Under the pieces are notes generated by a model. It made no database searches. It saw only the letters and a program-made list of their open reading frames with translations, and was not told the DNA's origin. DNA of 64,000 bases from Magallana gigas (taxonomy: Eukaryota). The position numbers were made by a program, and so were the translations under genes. The stretch lies in NCBI RefSeq assembly GCF_963853765.1, contig NC_088859.1:12648001-12712000 (forward strand). The letters are read 5' to 3'. Below, in pieces: positions 25,568 through 37,402 of this stretch; position 1 is the stretch's first letter; each line of letters begins with the position of its first letter.

Positions 25568-26785
25568 CGTCTCGTCAGTAAATGCGGGCAAGTATACACG
25601 TGTATCATGCTACAACCTATAAGGCGAAGAATATTAGGACAAACACTGAATGATGGCGGTTGCCCTACCTTAACACAAACATTCTCGTATTCTAGTTACA
25701 TTTTTTGTGGAAACACTGACAGAGATTCAGTTTATGAACACCTTGTGGTTCCACTGAGAAAAGAAAATATAACAACGGGCTTTATTTTCGAAGAATATTT
25801 AATAAACAATAGTGGGAAGTCAATATTTGACATGCAGAGTGAGCTGCTGCAACAATGTGAGCACTTGGTATTTTATGTGACCTCCTCCTATTTGAACGAA
25901 GAAAAATTTTGTAATATTCAGTTAGAGACAGTTCTTCACTGTATCAAATTGGGCTTGATTTCTATGAGTAACGTATTGATAATAATCGCAGACAATTGCG
26001 AATTACCAGATAAAATAAGATATAACTTACCAGAAACAGCTTCCAACATCCATGACTGGGTGGCAGTGACGAAGTCTAGTAAAAGAATCAGCTAAGTATT
26101 TAAGTGGTTCAAAAAGAAAAAATGACCTCCAAATCTCAGAAACCCTGGTGCTCACACTTTATCCTTGAAGAAGGGTAATTCGAATAGGTATTATAACCAA
26201 TTCAAATTAAACGAATATTCGAATGAATGATCGATGTTTACAGAGACAAAAACTGTCCCCCATGTATGTTACGATTATCAAATTAGTATGGTTTGTTTTA
26301 TAAATTCATCAAGTTCAACTAATATAAAGAAGATGGGTGAATAAGGCGTGTAAACTGCCCATATGAGGATAGATAAAATACTATAAAATTAAAATATGAA
26401 CAAATCTCATAATTTCTTTCTGAATTATTGAAAACAATGTATATTAACCATAACATCGAGTTATAACCCTTAAATATGTTAAATATTTGGAATAGGTTGA
26501 TTTAAACTGGCGTATGCGTGTCAAAAACCTCCAATTAGTTTCATTTTTAGAACTTCAATGCCTTTTCTTTTATAGAGTGGGTATCGGCTTCATATTTTTG
26601 TCATAGTCTATATGAGGTTTAAAGAAATCAAACCGATTTCAATCAACAAAAACGTGGAGAGATGACTCACTATACTTTAAAAATGTCATTTTGTATCCCA
26701 ACAATTGAACGTTTTAGAGAAATACTACAAGTCCGTCAATTCGTGGTTGAAGTTGCATTTAGCATTTAACAATGATGTTTGTTGT

Positions 26786-26870
26786 GACTGAAATGGCTCA
26801 GTGGTTAGAGCACCAGACATGAGGTAACATTATAGAGCGAGGGTTTTTAAGTTGTGGGTTCGATACCACC
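26786..26870 (+). mobile_element. tRNA-like head (Pol III A/B boxes) within a repetitive element
   Basis: tggctcagtggttagagc (A box/D arm) and gggttcgatacc (B box/T arm); no proper cloverleaf or acceptor stem. Confidence 0.55.
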
Positions 26871-27460
26871 AAAATTTAAACTTTCGAATTTATTTTTTTT
26901 CTTATCGTTTGTTAAAATATTCAAAACTGAATATAGTTAAAATAGTGCTTTTGTAAACTTGTAATATAACATCATCTAGTATATTTGGTTAGAAAAAAAA
27001 TAATTTGAAATTGTTTTTTACTACAAAACCAAATGGACATTTGCGCTATCTTGTTCCTCCATCTTCTTTAATTATTCATTCAATTGTGAAAATAAAACAA
27101 GATATTTCAAATTGCCTGTATGTTAATGATTGTAAATTTTTTCATTCAATATATTGTTCTTGCCAAAATTCCTATTTATTTATCAATTAAAAACATGCGA
27201 TATGTCCTTTAACCATATACATGTAGAGCCATTTTAACAAGATCTTGGACTGTCTAGTTTGCTCAGCAGAACAAGCTTTCAAAATATTTGAAATCTCTTT
27301 TTGATTTGTTTAAAGAAGCTTATTAGTGTTCACACTGTACTAACAAATTAGTGGAATTGTGTTAAGGCTATCTGTACTGAGTGAAATTGACGCTGTTTCA
27401 ACTGAAATATACAGTTTTGGATAAAGTCGGACAAGTGTCGTTGTGTTCAATGTATTTAAG

Positions 27461-27542
27461 GAATAAGGAATCATTCTTTGATGTTATGAGGTGATAATTT
27501 GGTCGGGGCGTAATCAAATTCGATAAAGCCCGAAGGGCTTTA
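27461..27542 (+). mobile_element. Truncated copy of the long-hairpin element family (left arm plus gcccgaagggc loop)
   Basis: gaataaggaatcattctttg...gaggtgataatttggtcggggcg...taaagcccgaagggcttta, homologous to 29063 and 49962. Confidence 0.75.
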
Positions 27543-29062
27543 CTTTTATTTATATAATTTTCAGCAATTGTATTATTAAATATGTAGTAGCGTTTTCTTT
27601 ATATATGTATAAATGAAAACTCCACGTCTCAGGTTCGATGGATTTATTATAATTTCATTATGAACCCTGTAAAAGGTCAACAATAGCGTATAAGCATTCA
27701 TTATAACAATAAACATATTATATTAATACAATGACATTTTCATAGAATTATACATGAATTAATTTCTTTAAAAGTTGACAATATATACTGAGTAAATTAT
27801 GCAAAAGAATCATAAGAGTTATTCCCCTTATATCAAAGTGATATAACGTATAAATTTATATAAGAACTTGATCGTTGATAAGTTCACGTACACAATTATA
27901 AATAATAATTATATGAGTTATACAGCTCTTATGCATAATAAATATAATACATATTTCTATACATGTATACCTGATTATGGATCAGGGTTCCAATTAGGTG
28001 TATGGCCCGATTAATGGGTGAAAATACTGAATGGCCAATAGCCCTATTAATAAACATATAAAACCGATATACAAACTTCATATACATGTACTTTGATTCA
28101 AACAAAGTTTAATTTGATCACTACTAAGTGAAACTCAGTATATTGCATTTAAATTACATTAAAAGTAAGAAACAGATTAATTAATGGAAAATAAAGAATT
28201 AGTATGAAAAAGAAGTCAACTTACAGTCAATGTCCTGGAATCTTTCGTAATTAATTAATGTATATATATATAAAGTCAAATAACCCAGGAACCAAGATTG
28301 ACCTCACAACTGGCTGAAAATATTTCTAGTTCTGACTGACCAGTACCAAGAACTTGGCGGGAATCTCCCTCAACCAATGAAAATCAAGGATTTCAATAAC
28401 TAGCCTCAGGACTTATATGAATAAGTAAAATAAAAACCAAAACTATTGTATGCTTTTATTATTTACGGAAAGTCATCGCGGATATTCAAAAACGCGAATT
28501 GTAGAAATTATTGGTTGCATTTGATATTTAATCATTTAAAAAAAAACAAATTAAAAAATAACACTCTACCACAAATATTTGAATATAAATAAGTAAACCT
28601 CGCTTGCACCCCAAGTATAGGCCATTTAAATTTAAAGGACTTTATTTACATTTACCAAGTGTCGTGTTGTAAATTTTGAATTTACTGGGTGAGTGTGAAT
28701 ACAAAATTTACAACATAACACAAGTATGATTTCTTGCGGAAATTTATAGTTGATTTATTCATAGCTGTATTGAAACAGATAGGATTGAAATCTACAAGCC
28801 CCGATTATCGATTGGTCGAAAGCTACACCAAGCTAAAATAAGTCATGGAATGCACGAAATTATCAAAATACATGTAATGGTATACTTTATTAATTTTTAA
28901 ATAAAAAATTGCAACATTGTCGAGCTAATTTTGAAACGTCGTGTTAATCGAAGCTGTTTTTCTAGGTCAACACAAAAGAATTCCTTAATTAAAGATTGAA
29001 ATACATAATATTTTATCGATGACTGTCGCATGATTGTGCTATAAATTCTGTGTTAATTAGGG

Positions 29063-29210
29063 AATAAGGAACCATTCTTTGAGTATAAGAGGTGATAATT
29101 TCGGTCGGGGCGTGGTCAAATCCAATAAAGCACGAAGGGCTTTATGATAAATTTGACCACGTTCTGACCGAAATTATCACTTCATAAAATTCAAAGAATG
29201 ATTCCTTATT
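29063..29210. mobile_element. Long-hairpin element (~148-bp imperfect palindrome)
   Basis: aataaggaaccattctttga...tgataatttcggtc...taaagcacgaagggcttta...gaccgaaattatca...tcaaagaatgattccttatt. Confidence 0.8.
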
Positions 29211-29671
29211 ACTTATATTTAGATCATTTCAAATTTGTACACTTTAAAACGACTTCATTTAAATGCAACTATTTTTTTTATGTAGCGCAAGCTATGTAGT
29301 ACGACGCGGCCCAGCAATACCGAATCTCGGTTATGCTGTAAGACACGCCCATTTTGTGTCACTCATGTTTTATAAAGTTATCGGGTTTTAGGGTTCAAAA
29401 TTGATTCGTAATGTTATCACAGACAATGACAGTTGAAAATGTAAATTTAACTTAATCCTATACTCAGATAAAAAATGTATAAACCTTACTCTACTAAAGA
29501 AGAATTTAAGACTAAATACAGGTATGTACGACATACGTCACAATAGCGAAGTTAACGCATATACACAAAGCACCAAATATGTCACTGTCATATTTTTTAA
29601 GGGTATTAGTTCTAAATTTAATATACAATTATAAACAATTATAGCCTTTTGATATCAGTCAGTGCATAATT

Positions 29672-29740
29672 TTATAGAACTGACGAGAATATATCAACCT
29701 CGTACCTCGTCCTCGGTCGATATACTCTCATCAGGTCTAT
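29672..29740. repeat. Imperfect hairpin
   Basis: tatagaactgacgagaatatatcaacc ... ggtcgatatactctcatcaggtctata. Confidence 0.6.
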
Positions 29741-30986
29741 AGGCCTATTAGATATTTATAAATTAGTTATTTTAATGATGATGATGTTATTATTTTAAAA
29801 TTATAATGAAAATAAGAAACTGTAGAATCATAAATAATTATCAGTAATAAAGGAAAATACGATAATAAAAAGTGTGCAGGAATAATACGAATACATGTAA
29901 ACCAAATACCGCTTGCACATACCCCTTTGTGTGTTGTCATGGTTGACGTGTGTGTTAGAATAGGGAATATCATTAAAGGTTATCCTTATGTGATTTGAAC
30001 ATAAATTAGAGCTGGAAAACATAAGTATAATTTTTCAATATTTGTTGAATGATATATTTTCACAGTTCTTTATATTCAAACTCCCATGCATCACATTGAA
30101 TCAATCAAATGACACAGAACAGTATTATACACAATTTTGTGTGTGTGTGCACATGTATATTAGACGCAAATACTGTGAGTCATAAGTATGCATATCTATA
30201 GATTATCGACGTACATGTATCTCTACATACATATTACATAAACAATTATATACCAAAAAAAATCAAACGACACAGAACAGTATTATACGCTGTATGTGTA
30301 AAAGTTCATATTTATTTGAAATACACAAATGTTCGAAGCAGGGTAGATATATTTAAGAGGTCGTTTATGCCAATGAGTTTGGATATTTAAAAAACTCCGG
30401 CAAGGTTTAGTACAGATTGAATTCTTCATTTCTTTTAAACACTTCCATTCAATAAAATCACATACAGACACGAACCATGCAGGGCACACTAGGTGTATGT
30501 ACAGTGCATATGTGATTTTTATAGTAATCAAATATGTTATCAACTTATCATCACTCATCACAATAAATTAAAGTAAGGTTTCAGCATCTATGTTGTTAGG
30601 TACAAGTCAAGGTAGAATCTTCACAAGAATTGATGTGGTTGAGACACTCTGTTTTGGGACTACCGTAAGTATAATCTTGACTGTTGTTGGTGTTGTGAGA
30701 ATAAAAATAAGCATTTAGTGTTCTTCCATGTGTCTTGCATGCATGGATATCGTAGCAAGGTACACTCTGTCTTGTTTCAAGACAATGGAATCAAAACTAT
30801 TAATTGTAAATGAAGGGGACAAGCGCTGTTTGGATACTAGTAACGGGCTGAAGATTTATTGTTTTCTGTTTATTTGGAGAAGAACTTTTTCGTTTTCTTT
30901 CTCGACACCAACAATGAGGGAGGGATATCATGATTGTGTGTTGGTTTTACCTACTCCGATTCACCAATTTTTCTTATACCATTTAA

Positions 30987-31478
30987 AGGGGCATGGTCAC
31001 AATATTGGTCAATAATTATTTTTTCGATTTTAATGTTTACAGTGCTTCAATAAGGGATTATAAATAGGCAACCAAAATTTGAGTGTCATTTGATGAGTCA
31101 TAAGCGAGTTACAGAGCTTACAATTCTTCGCTATGTAAACAAAGCGTTTGTTTTCATTTTGAATGTTGAAGGGAAAATTCCAGTTTTAGACCTAAAATGA
31201 ATGTGTTAATCGTTAGGAACTGTTTATTTATGCTTAAAATGAATAATTAGATAGACAAACTAGCTTAAAAAAGATTTTTACTGGTATATTGAACCTATGT
31301 AAACAAAAACAGGGCACGAGCCTTGTTTACATTACGAAGAATTGTTAGCCCTGTATCTTGCTTAAAACTCAACGTCTAGCACCCACATATTATTTGATCT
31401 TTAGAAATGCATTCCTAAAGCATTGCAAATAATAAAAACAGAAAAATAAAATTTGACCGAAATCGTGACCATGCCCCT
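30987..31478. mobile_element. 492-bp MITE with TIRs and TTAA target-site duplication (Kolobok-like)
   Basis: TTAA|aggggcatggtcacaatattggtcaa ... ttgaccgaaatcgtgaccatgcccct|TTAA. Confidence 0.85.
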
Positions 31479-31491
31479 TTAATAATTTGCC

Positions 31492-32929
31492 TTTTTAGCT
31501 CCCTGCATCGAAGGTTCAAGTGAGCTTTTTTGATAACCTGTTGTTTATCGTCTGTCTGTCTGTCCGTCTGTCTGCCTGTAAACTTTTCACATTTTCATTG
31601 TGTAGAACCACTTGGCCAACTTTAACAAAATTTGATACGAAGCATTCTAAACGAAAGAGAATTCTTAGCTGTAAAAAAAAAAGCTAAACCCTTTCAAATG
31701 TGAGATAACCACGAGACAGTAAAAAAATATGTATGTCTTAAAAATATTCCCAAGAGTGCTGCACCAGAAATGCCAAAAAAGCTTAAGGAGGCTGGATGGT
31801 CAACAACAAGTAACCATCAAATCTACCTCAGAATTTTTAAGCTATAAACTTTTATTTTGTAAAGAAATATTCCTTATGAATAAGCTTTAAAACTTTAATA
31901 TTTTCTCTATCTTTATATACATGTTGGGATATTGATATAGTTTCAAAATGGCCACGACCATCGAGCCCTCTTAGTATTTAGTAAAAATTATAAAGTATAA
32001 AAACCCTATATAAAAATATAGGGAAAATGTTTAAAAATCCTCCTGAGATATTGTAGATTTAAATTGTTAAAGCTGTAACCCCCAGACCAATACTGGGGCA
32101 TCGAAAGGGGTTTAAAGTGTAACAAAGCAATATTAAATGTATAGGAAAAATGTTTAAAAATCTTCCTCCAAAAACTCTTTGTGATATTACTATCAAGCAT
32201 CCTCAAATAGTAAAGTCGATGAACTACAATGCTACAACTTATGATATTCAGTACTAAGCAAGCATCATCAGATTGGGTAGATTTTAAATTTTTAAAACCG
32301 TGACCCTCAGACCAATACTTAAGTCCCAAGAGAAGTTCAAAGTTCAAAACAGAAATATATATAAGGACAATATTTTAAAAATCTTTTCATAAACTACGAT
32401 TCGACAATTTGAGAGATTGCTATGCAAGCATTTTAAGACAATGTATATTGTAAATTGAGAAGACCCTGATTCCCGGACTAAAATCGGTGCCCAAGAGGGG
32501 TTCAAATTTCAGCATAGAAATAAATAGGAAAATGTTTAGAAATATACAATGCTATGTCTAGTGAAACTACTGTTTAAAAGTATATACAATGTAGTATATA
32601 TCTATTAACTAATATCGAGGGCACAATGACCTTCTTCACCTGCTAAAATTACTTATTGTTTATTTTCCAATTTTGTTGTCTTTGAAACATTGAGGCCTAT
32701 GATAATAAGATTGGTCAGTTGGTGAACCTTAATTCGTAGAATATGATCTCCAAAACAGAAAGCTTTTTGTATATATCATTTTATAAATTGTAAAAATCTT
32801 GAAATAAATGAGAATTTACTTTTTTGTGACTTTTAAAATAGCTAATTAAGAAGAGTTTCATATTTAAAAAAAATCATAAGATGTACAAAGATTGTTTTTC
32901 GGGTGAGAGATGTGGCCCATGGGCCTTTT
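31492..32929 (+). mobile_element. HINE/Helentron-like non-autonomous element (interior may be composite)
   Basis: 5' tttttagctc...ttcaagtgagctttt followed by (CTGT)n; degenerate internal repeats; 3' cgggtgagagatgtggcccatgggcc hairpin end. Confidence 0.7.
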
Positions 32930-33986
32930 AAAAAATTTTGCAAATATTGCGTAGATGTTTCTCGAGATTCTGAAATTATTTTAGTTAATGTCGGATAACG
33001 TACGTTTAGGTATCCTGGAGTGATGTCTTTCTGTTTTCGAATTAGTTTCCTGAGAGGTTGGTAAACCATGGCGGGTCCTTTTGATAAATAGTAACACATT
33101 TAAATGGAATATACATTTGGCTTCAGAAGTAATAATACTTTTAAATTCCGTCATGCATTTATTAGTACAAAATTCATAAAGAAGTTCGTCTCAATTGATA
33201 GATCGCAGATTTGTTCTGAATTTGTTATTGTACTATTAGAGCCATATGTTGCGTTAGTAGAAGATAAAATGAAACATGCTGGTTTAGTAGTAAATTCATA
33301 TATTTACCAATGGACGTGTAGGTATTGACAAAGGAAAAATTCTCCAACAGCAATTCTGGATAGGAGACAAGAATATAACTAACTAGTATTATGACAAGTA
33401 GTGGGGATTAGTACTCTGTGAAGTGGGTAGGGTCATCGATTTATATACATGTAAATATATATATTTGATGGGCACGTGAGAGTTAACGTGGACCCTCTTT
33501 AGGTTATGTAGGTCCAAAACAGATAAGGTCAACCAATAATGGGGAACTGCAGAATGTTCATTGAAAAAATGAAAATATACAAAAGAAAAAAAAGATTGAA
33601 TTTTTAGCTTTACTGAATTTTGGGACCAAAAATAATCTCATTTTCTGTCTATCAAGTTAAATATTCTCGAGATAAATTAATTTCTTATTTTAAAAAAATA
33701 TACATTACTCTTTTGGTCGTGTTTTATTTAAAAACAATGCATACATTTAAAATAAGGGAGTAAAAAGCTGAGATATTATCCGGAGATCTGCGATGTAGAT
33801 ACATGTACTACATCTACATGTAAGTGGTATTATCCAATATATGTATAAATTACTTCAGACTAGAGACAATAAGACTTCAAAACAATATTAATGTATATTA
33901 ATAGAATCAAAATAACAAAACATATGCAGCTCAAATCTGTCTCAAGATTTTTGCTTCATTATTTATTCATAAATACCCCTACCTTC

Positions 33987-34043
33987 GCTAGCCAAGGGTT
34001 TGTGATCTGTAGAAGCCGCGCGGATCAGAGACCCTTGGCTAGC
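33987..34043. repeat. Short hairpin element
   Basis: gctagccaagggt-ttgtgatctg ... cggatcagag-acccttggctagc. Confidence 0.7.
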
Positions 34044-35038
34044 AAAAATGAAATATCTCAGGGTTCAAACAATGTTTATTTACGTATTAGAATGAAAATT
34101 TATTTGCATGTTTTTGTATTTGAATTTCTTGTCCCCCTATCTCTCTAACTTGTTCGGCTAAAGAGAGCAGCTGTTAAATAAAAATCTGTGGAGATTCGTA
34201 TTGCAAATGATATAAAATAACTTAGGTCTGAATGATAGCATTTGAAAATAGTGTTAGGCGATCCAGGAGACTTTCGAATGGAAAAAAACATGTTAAGAAA
34301 CCCGTTTTCCGTTCCTGTGGAAATCTCTGGGTAAAGAAAGAGGTTTACGTTTTTAATGAATCATTTCAACCGCATTTCTTTAAGCTGTGTATATCTCTAT
34401 AAAAATCGTAAAAATGTGATGGAAACAGTAACTTTAGACAGACTATTCAAAAACCGTGGCCACTGATCTTGGGCCAGCTATAAAATTAGAGTCCAAACAA
34501 AACAAACAATATGAGTATCGGAAACACGACGGTACGGTCAATATAGACTATACGTTGAACCATTTAACATGCTGGGGTATTGAATGGATAGCGACGTACG
34601 GTTTAAATGAAAGTGTTTATTATACAAAAAACAAACAAAAATTAAGCGCTGTCCCCGTTTTAAGCATTTGTTTTGACTTTGCTCTCACTTCAACAGTCAT
34701 ACTGGTTTCATAATATTTATATGCTGTTGTGCATATTTCCCTCATTTCTTTTACAGTTTTCTATAAAAAAAAGAAAAAAAAGAAGGATTTTTCTACATTT
34801 CTTCAAAAGAAGCTTTTCGGATGAAATAATAAGTTGTTGATGTTAACATTGAAGTGACGGATGAGATGCTATCAACAGAGATTTGTAGAATTATACAGTC
34901 TTCACGATATCTATACGTTCGGGAAAAACAAGGGGCATAGGTAATATTTGATGAAATTCGAATTTTATAACTTTTCAGAAAAGGTCTTTATATCAATTGA
35001 TTTCTTATTCCTTATTATTATTGTGGTTATCATTATGA

Positions 35039-35075
35039 TTTATTTATTTACTTATTTATTTATTTATGTATTTAT
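35039..35075. repeat. (TATT)n microsatellite in the acceptor tract upstream of copy 2
   Basis: tttatttatttacttatttatttatttatgtatttat. Confidence 0.8.
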
Positions 35076-35089
35076 TACAGTTATCGAAA

Positions 35090-37402
35090 ATGAAACGGAT
35101 AGATTTCCGGTACGGTGTGGTATCTTTAACGATTTTTCTGTTCTTGCCAATATTTTTCCAAGTGTATGGATTTTTGGACGTACAGAAGTATCGGTCTGTT
35201 ACCAGTGATAATTCATTTTATGAAAACTCATCAGAACCTATCCTTGCCTATACGTATTACAGAACACTTTTGTTTTATATTTTCACATTTTTGATTGTTC
35301 TATTAGTTGGTCTGATATATGTTTCGTCAAAAGAAAAGGATTTGACAAGGTTTCAGATTCAATGCTACCGTCCCTATTTTCCCTTTCATTGTATGGTGTG
35401 TCTTATTCCATACGTTCTAAGATACGCCAATACCTGACAATATAATGGCTCAAGTGGAATGGAACCACTTTTTTCAAGTTATGTATTCAATTTTTCGATT
35501 TATCTGCTTTTATCTATTGTCTATTGTTCGGCGATATGATCTCTTGGAATTGTTTACGTATTTATTTGTGACGTTGATCCATTCATTGATATTGACTATC
35601 TTTGCATATAGTATGTATAGTAATTTAACAGAGTTGGTTAACTGTATAAAGGAAAGCAAAGACGGATTTCTGACGGCGTGGTCTTCTTATGATCAAATTT
35701 CTATCGTCGATGAATTAAATGTGAGTAATATAAACGCCTATGAAAGGACATTTAGTCTTGATAAAAACTTATTTCAATCCACTGGGAAAAACTTTATCAG
35801 ACATCAAGCTTGTCGAGATTACAATTAGAGGACTCGAAAGGAACTAAATATCCATATCAACGATGGACGTATAACGTTGGAATCGGCGAAAGCGTAAGCG
35901 GCCTGTCTTGTGGTGCACTATCCAGTGGCCTTTTTAGTGTTTTTTGGTCATTAAATGGAGGTAATCTTTGTTCAAATTACAGTGGCTGCTACATAAAAAA
36001 CAATGTTGAAAGAAGTATTCAATATAATGAAATAAGCAGTTACATAGACATTGATTTCATCGACGATATTGGGTTTGGGAATTTGACATGCACTTTCCAG
36101 AGGTACAAATATATTGGAGAAAATTTACATTTTCAAAGAAAAAAAGCTTCGCCCATAATTAAAAGTCATGAAATCATTATGGCTCAGTACAATGTGGTGA
36201 AATATTCAGGGAGAGAATTCTACATCTATGCAACACCTGGGGGAGCAATTGATATCAGATGGAAACCGATGCTTTTCAATAGTGAAAATGAAGACTTGAT
36301 CCAATATTATTACGTAAATGGGGCACATTACCATAGAAAACCTGGTTTAACCACAATGTGTTCAAGTTTGTCATATCTATACGTCATATATGGAACGGCA
36401 ATGAATTGGTTTTTTGTTCCAAACATGGATGAGTCCTCGCATATTTTAATAAACTACTCAAAATTTTATGAAACCCGCTTTACCGCTTGTGCTGGGTCAA
36501 GTGTTTTTGGCATTCATTCTGTCGAGTATTTTCGACGAGTTTATGACAAAAAGAGCAATTCTTTTATCTTTCGACTAGTTAAACATCCAGACAAGATATA
36601 CGTTCTTCCAGATTTACCGTATTTCTACAAAATGGACAAAGCAACGAAGGACAGGAAAGAAGAAATAATACAAAATCTACAGAAACTAAGTTTGGATTAT
36701 CTCTGGTTTGAAAAACACCATACTTTGTTTTTGATAGAACGTGTTGTGCTCGAACTGATAGTCGTATCATTTTTGCCTTTATTTCTTACCTTTTCTCTGT
36801 ATAAATCTTGGAAATGGTACAGGTGCAGCGTACTCCAACCGATCAGTAAAACTATATTAGGACAACCAATTGATGAAATCGCTGAACAATGCTCAGCCGT
36901 AAGATGTAGTTTATCATATTGCTGTTACGTTTTCTGTGGTGATTCTGATAGAGGTTCGGTTTATGACCATCTCGTAGTTCCACTGAGAAAAGAAAATATT
37001 ATAACGGGTTTTATTTTCGAGGAATGTTTGATAAACAGAAGTGGAAAGTCAGTATTTAATTTACAATGTGACCTGTTTAAAAGGTGTGAGCATTTGATAT
37101 TTTATTTGACTTCCGCATACTTAGAGGAAGAAAAGTTTGTTGATATTCAGTTGGAGACAGTTCTCTGTTGTATTAAAATGGGTTTCATTTCTACAAACAA
37201 AGTGCTCATAATAATTGCAGACAATTGCGAACTACCGGAAAAATTACGATATAACTTACCGGAGGTAGCTGCCAACATTCATGACTGGGTGACAATAAAG
37301 AATCCAAATAAAAGAATAGGACTAGTTTTAAAGTGGATAAATGATTTAAAGAATAACCCTCAAAATTTAGATGTAGTGGTATCTACAGTGTTTCTTGGAT
37401 AA
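35090..37402 (+). pseudogene. Copy 2 of the multi-TM / Ig / TM / TIR gene, with two frameshifts
   Basis: ORFs 35090-35437, 35445-35828 and 35810-37402 are collinear with copy 3. There is a 14-nt deletion near 35432 (7 nt where copies 1 and 3 have 21) and a 1-nt deficit in the A run at 35787-35791; the remainder is open to VSTVFLG*. Confidence 0.8.

Larger units (their letters stand above)
22859..26125 (+). pseudogene. Copy 1 of the multi-TM / Ig / TM / TIR gene, pseudogenised
   Basis: ORF fragments 22859-23035, ~23595-23899, 23900-24424, 24641-25567 and 25607-26095 align collinearly with copy 3. In-frame stops at 23033, 23897, ~24612, 24853 and 26093; frameshifts near 23760, at an 11-bp duplication (~24403-24425) and near 24495; insertion 23051-23590; 258-bp triplication. 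Confidence 0.9.

Noticed and set aside
21603-26870. Functional tRNA genes at 21603 and 26786
   Set aside because: One lacks an anticodon arm; the other lacks a valid acceptor stem and cloverleaf. Both were treated as tRNA-derived repeats
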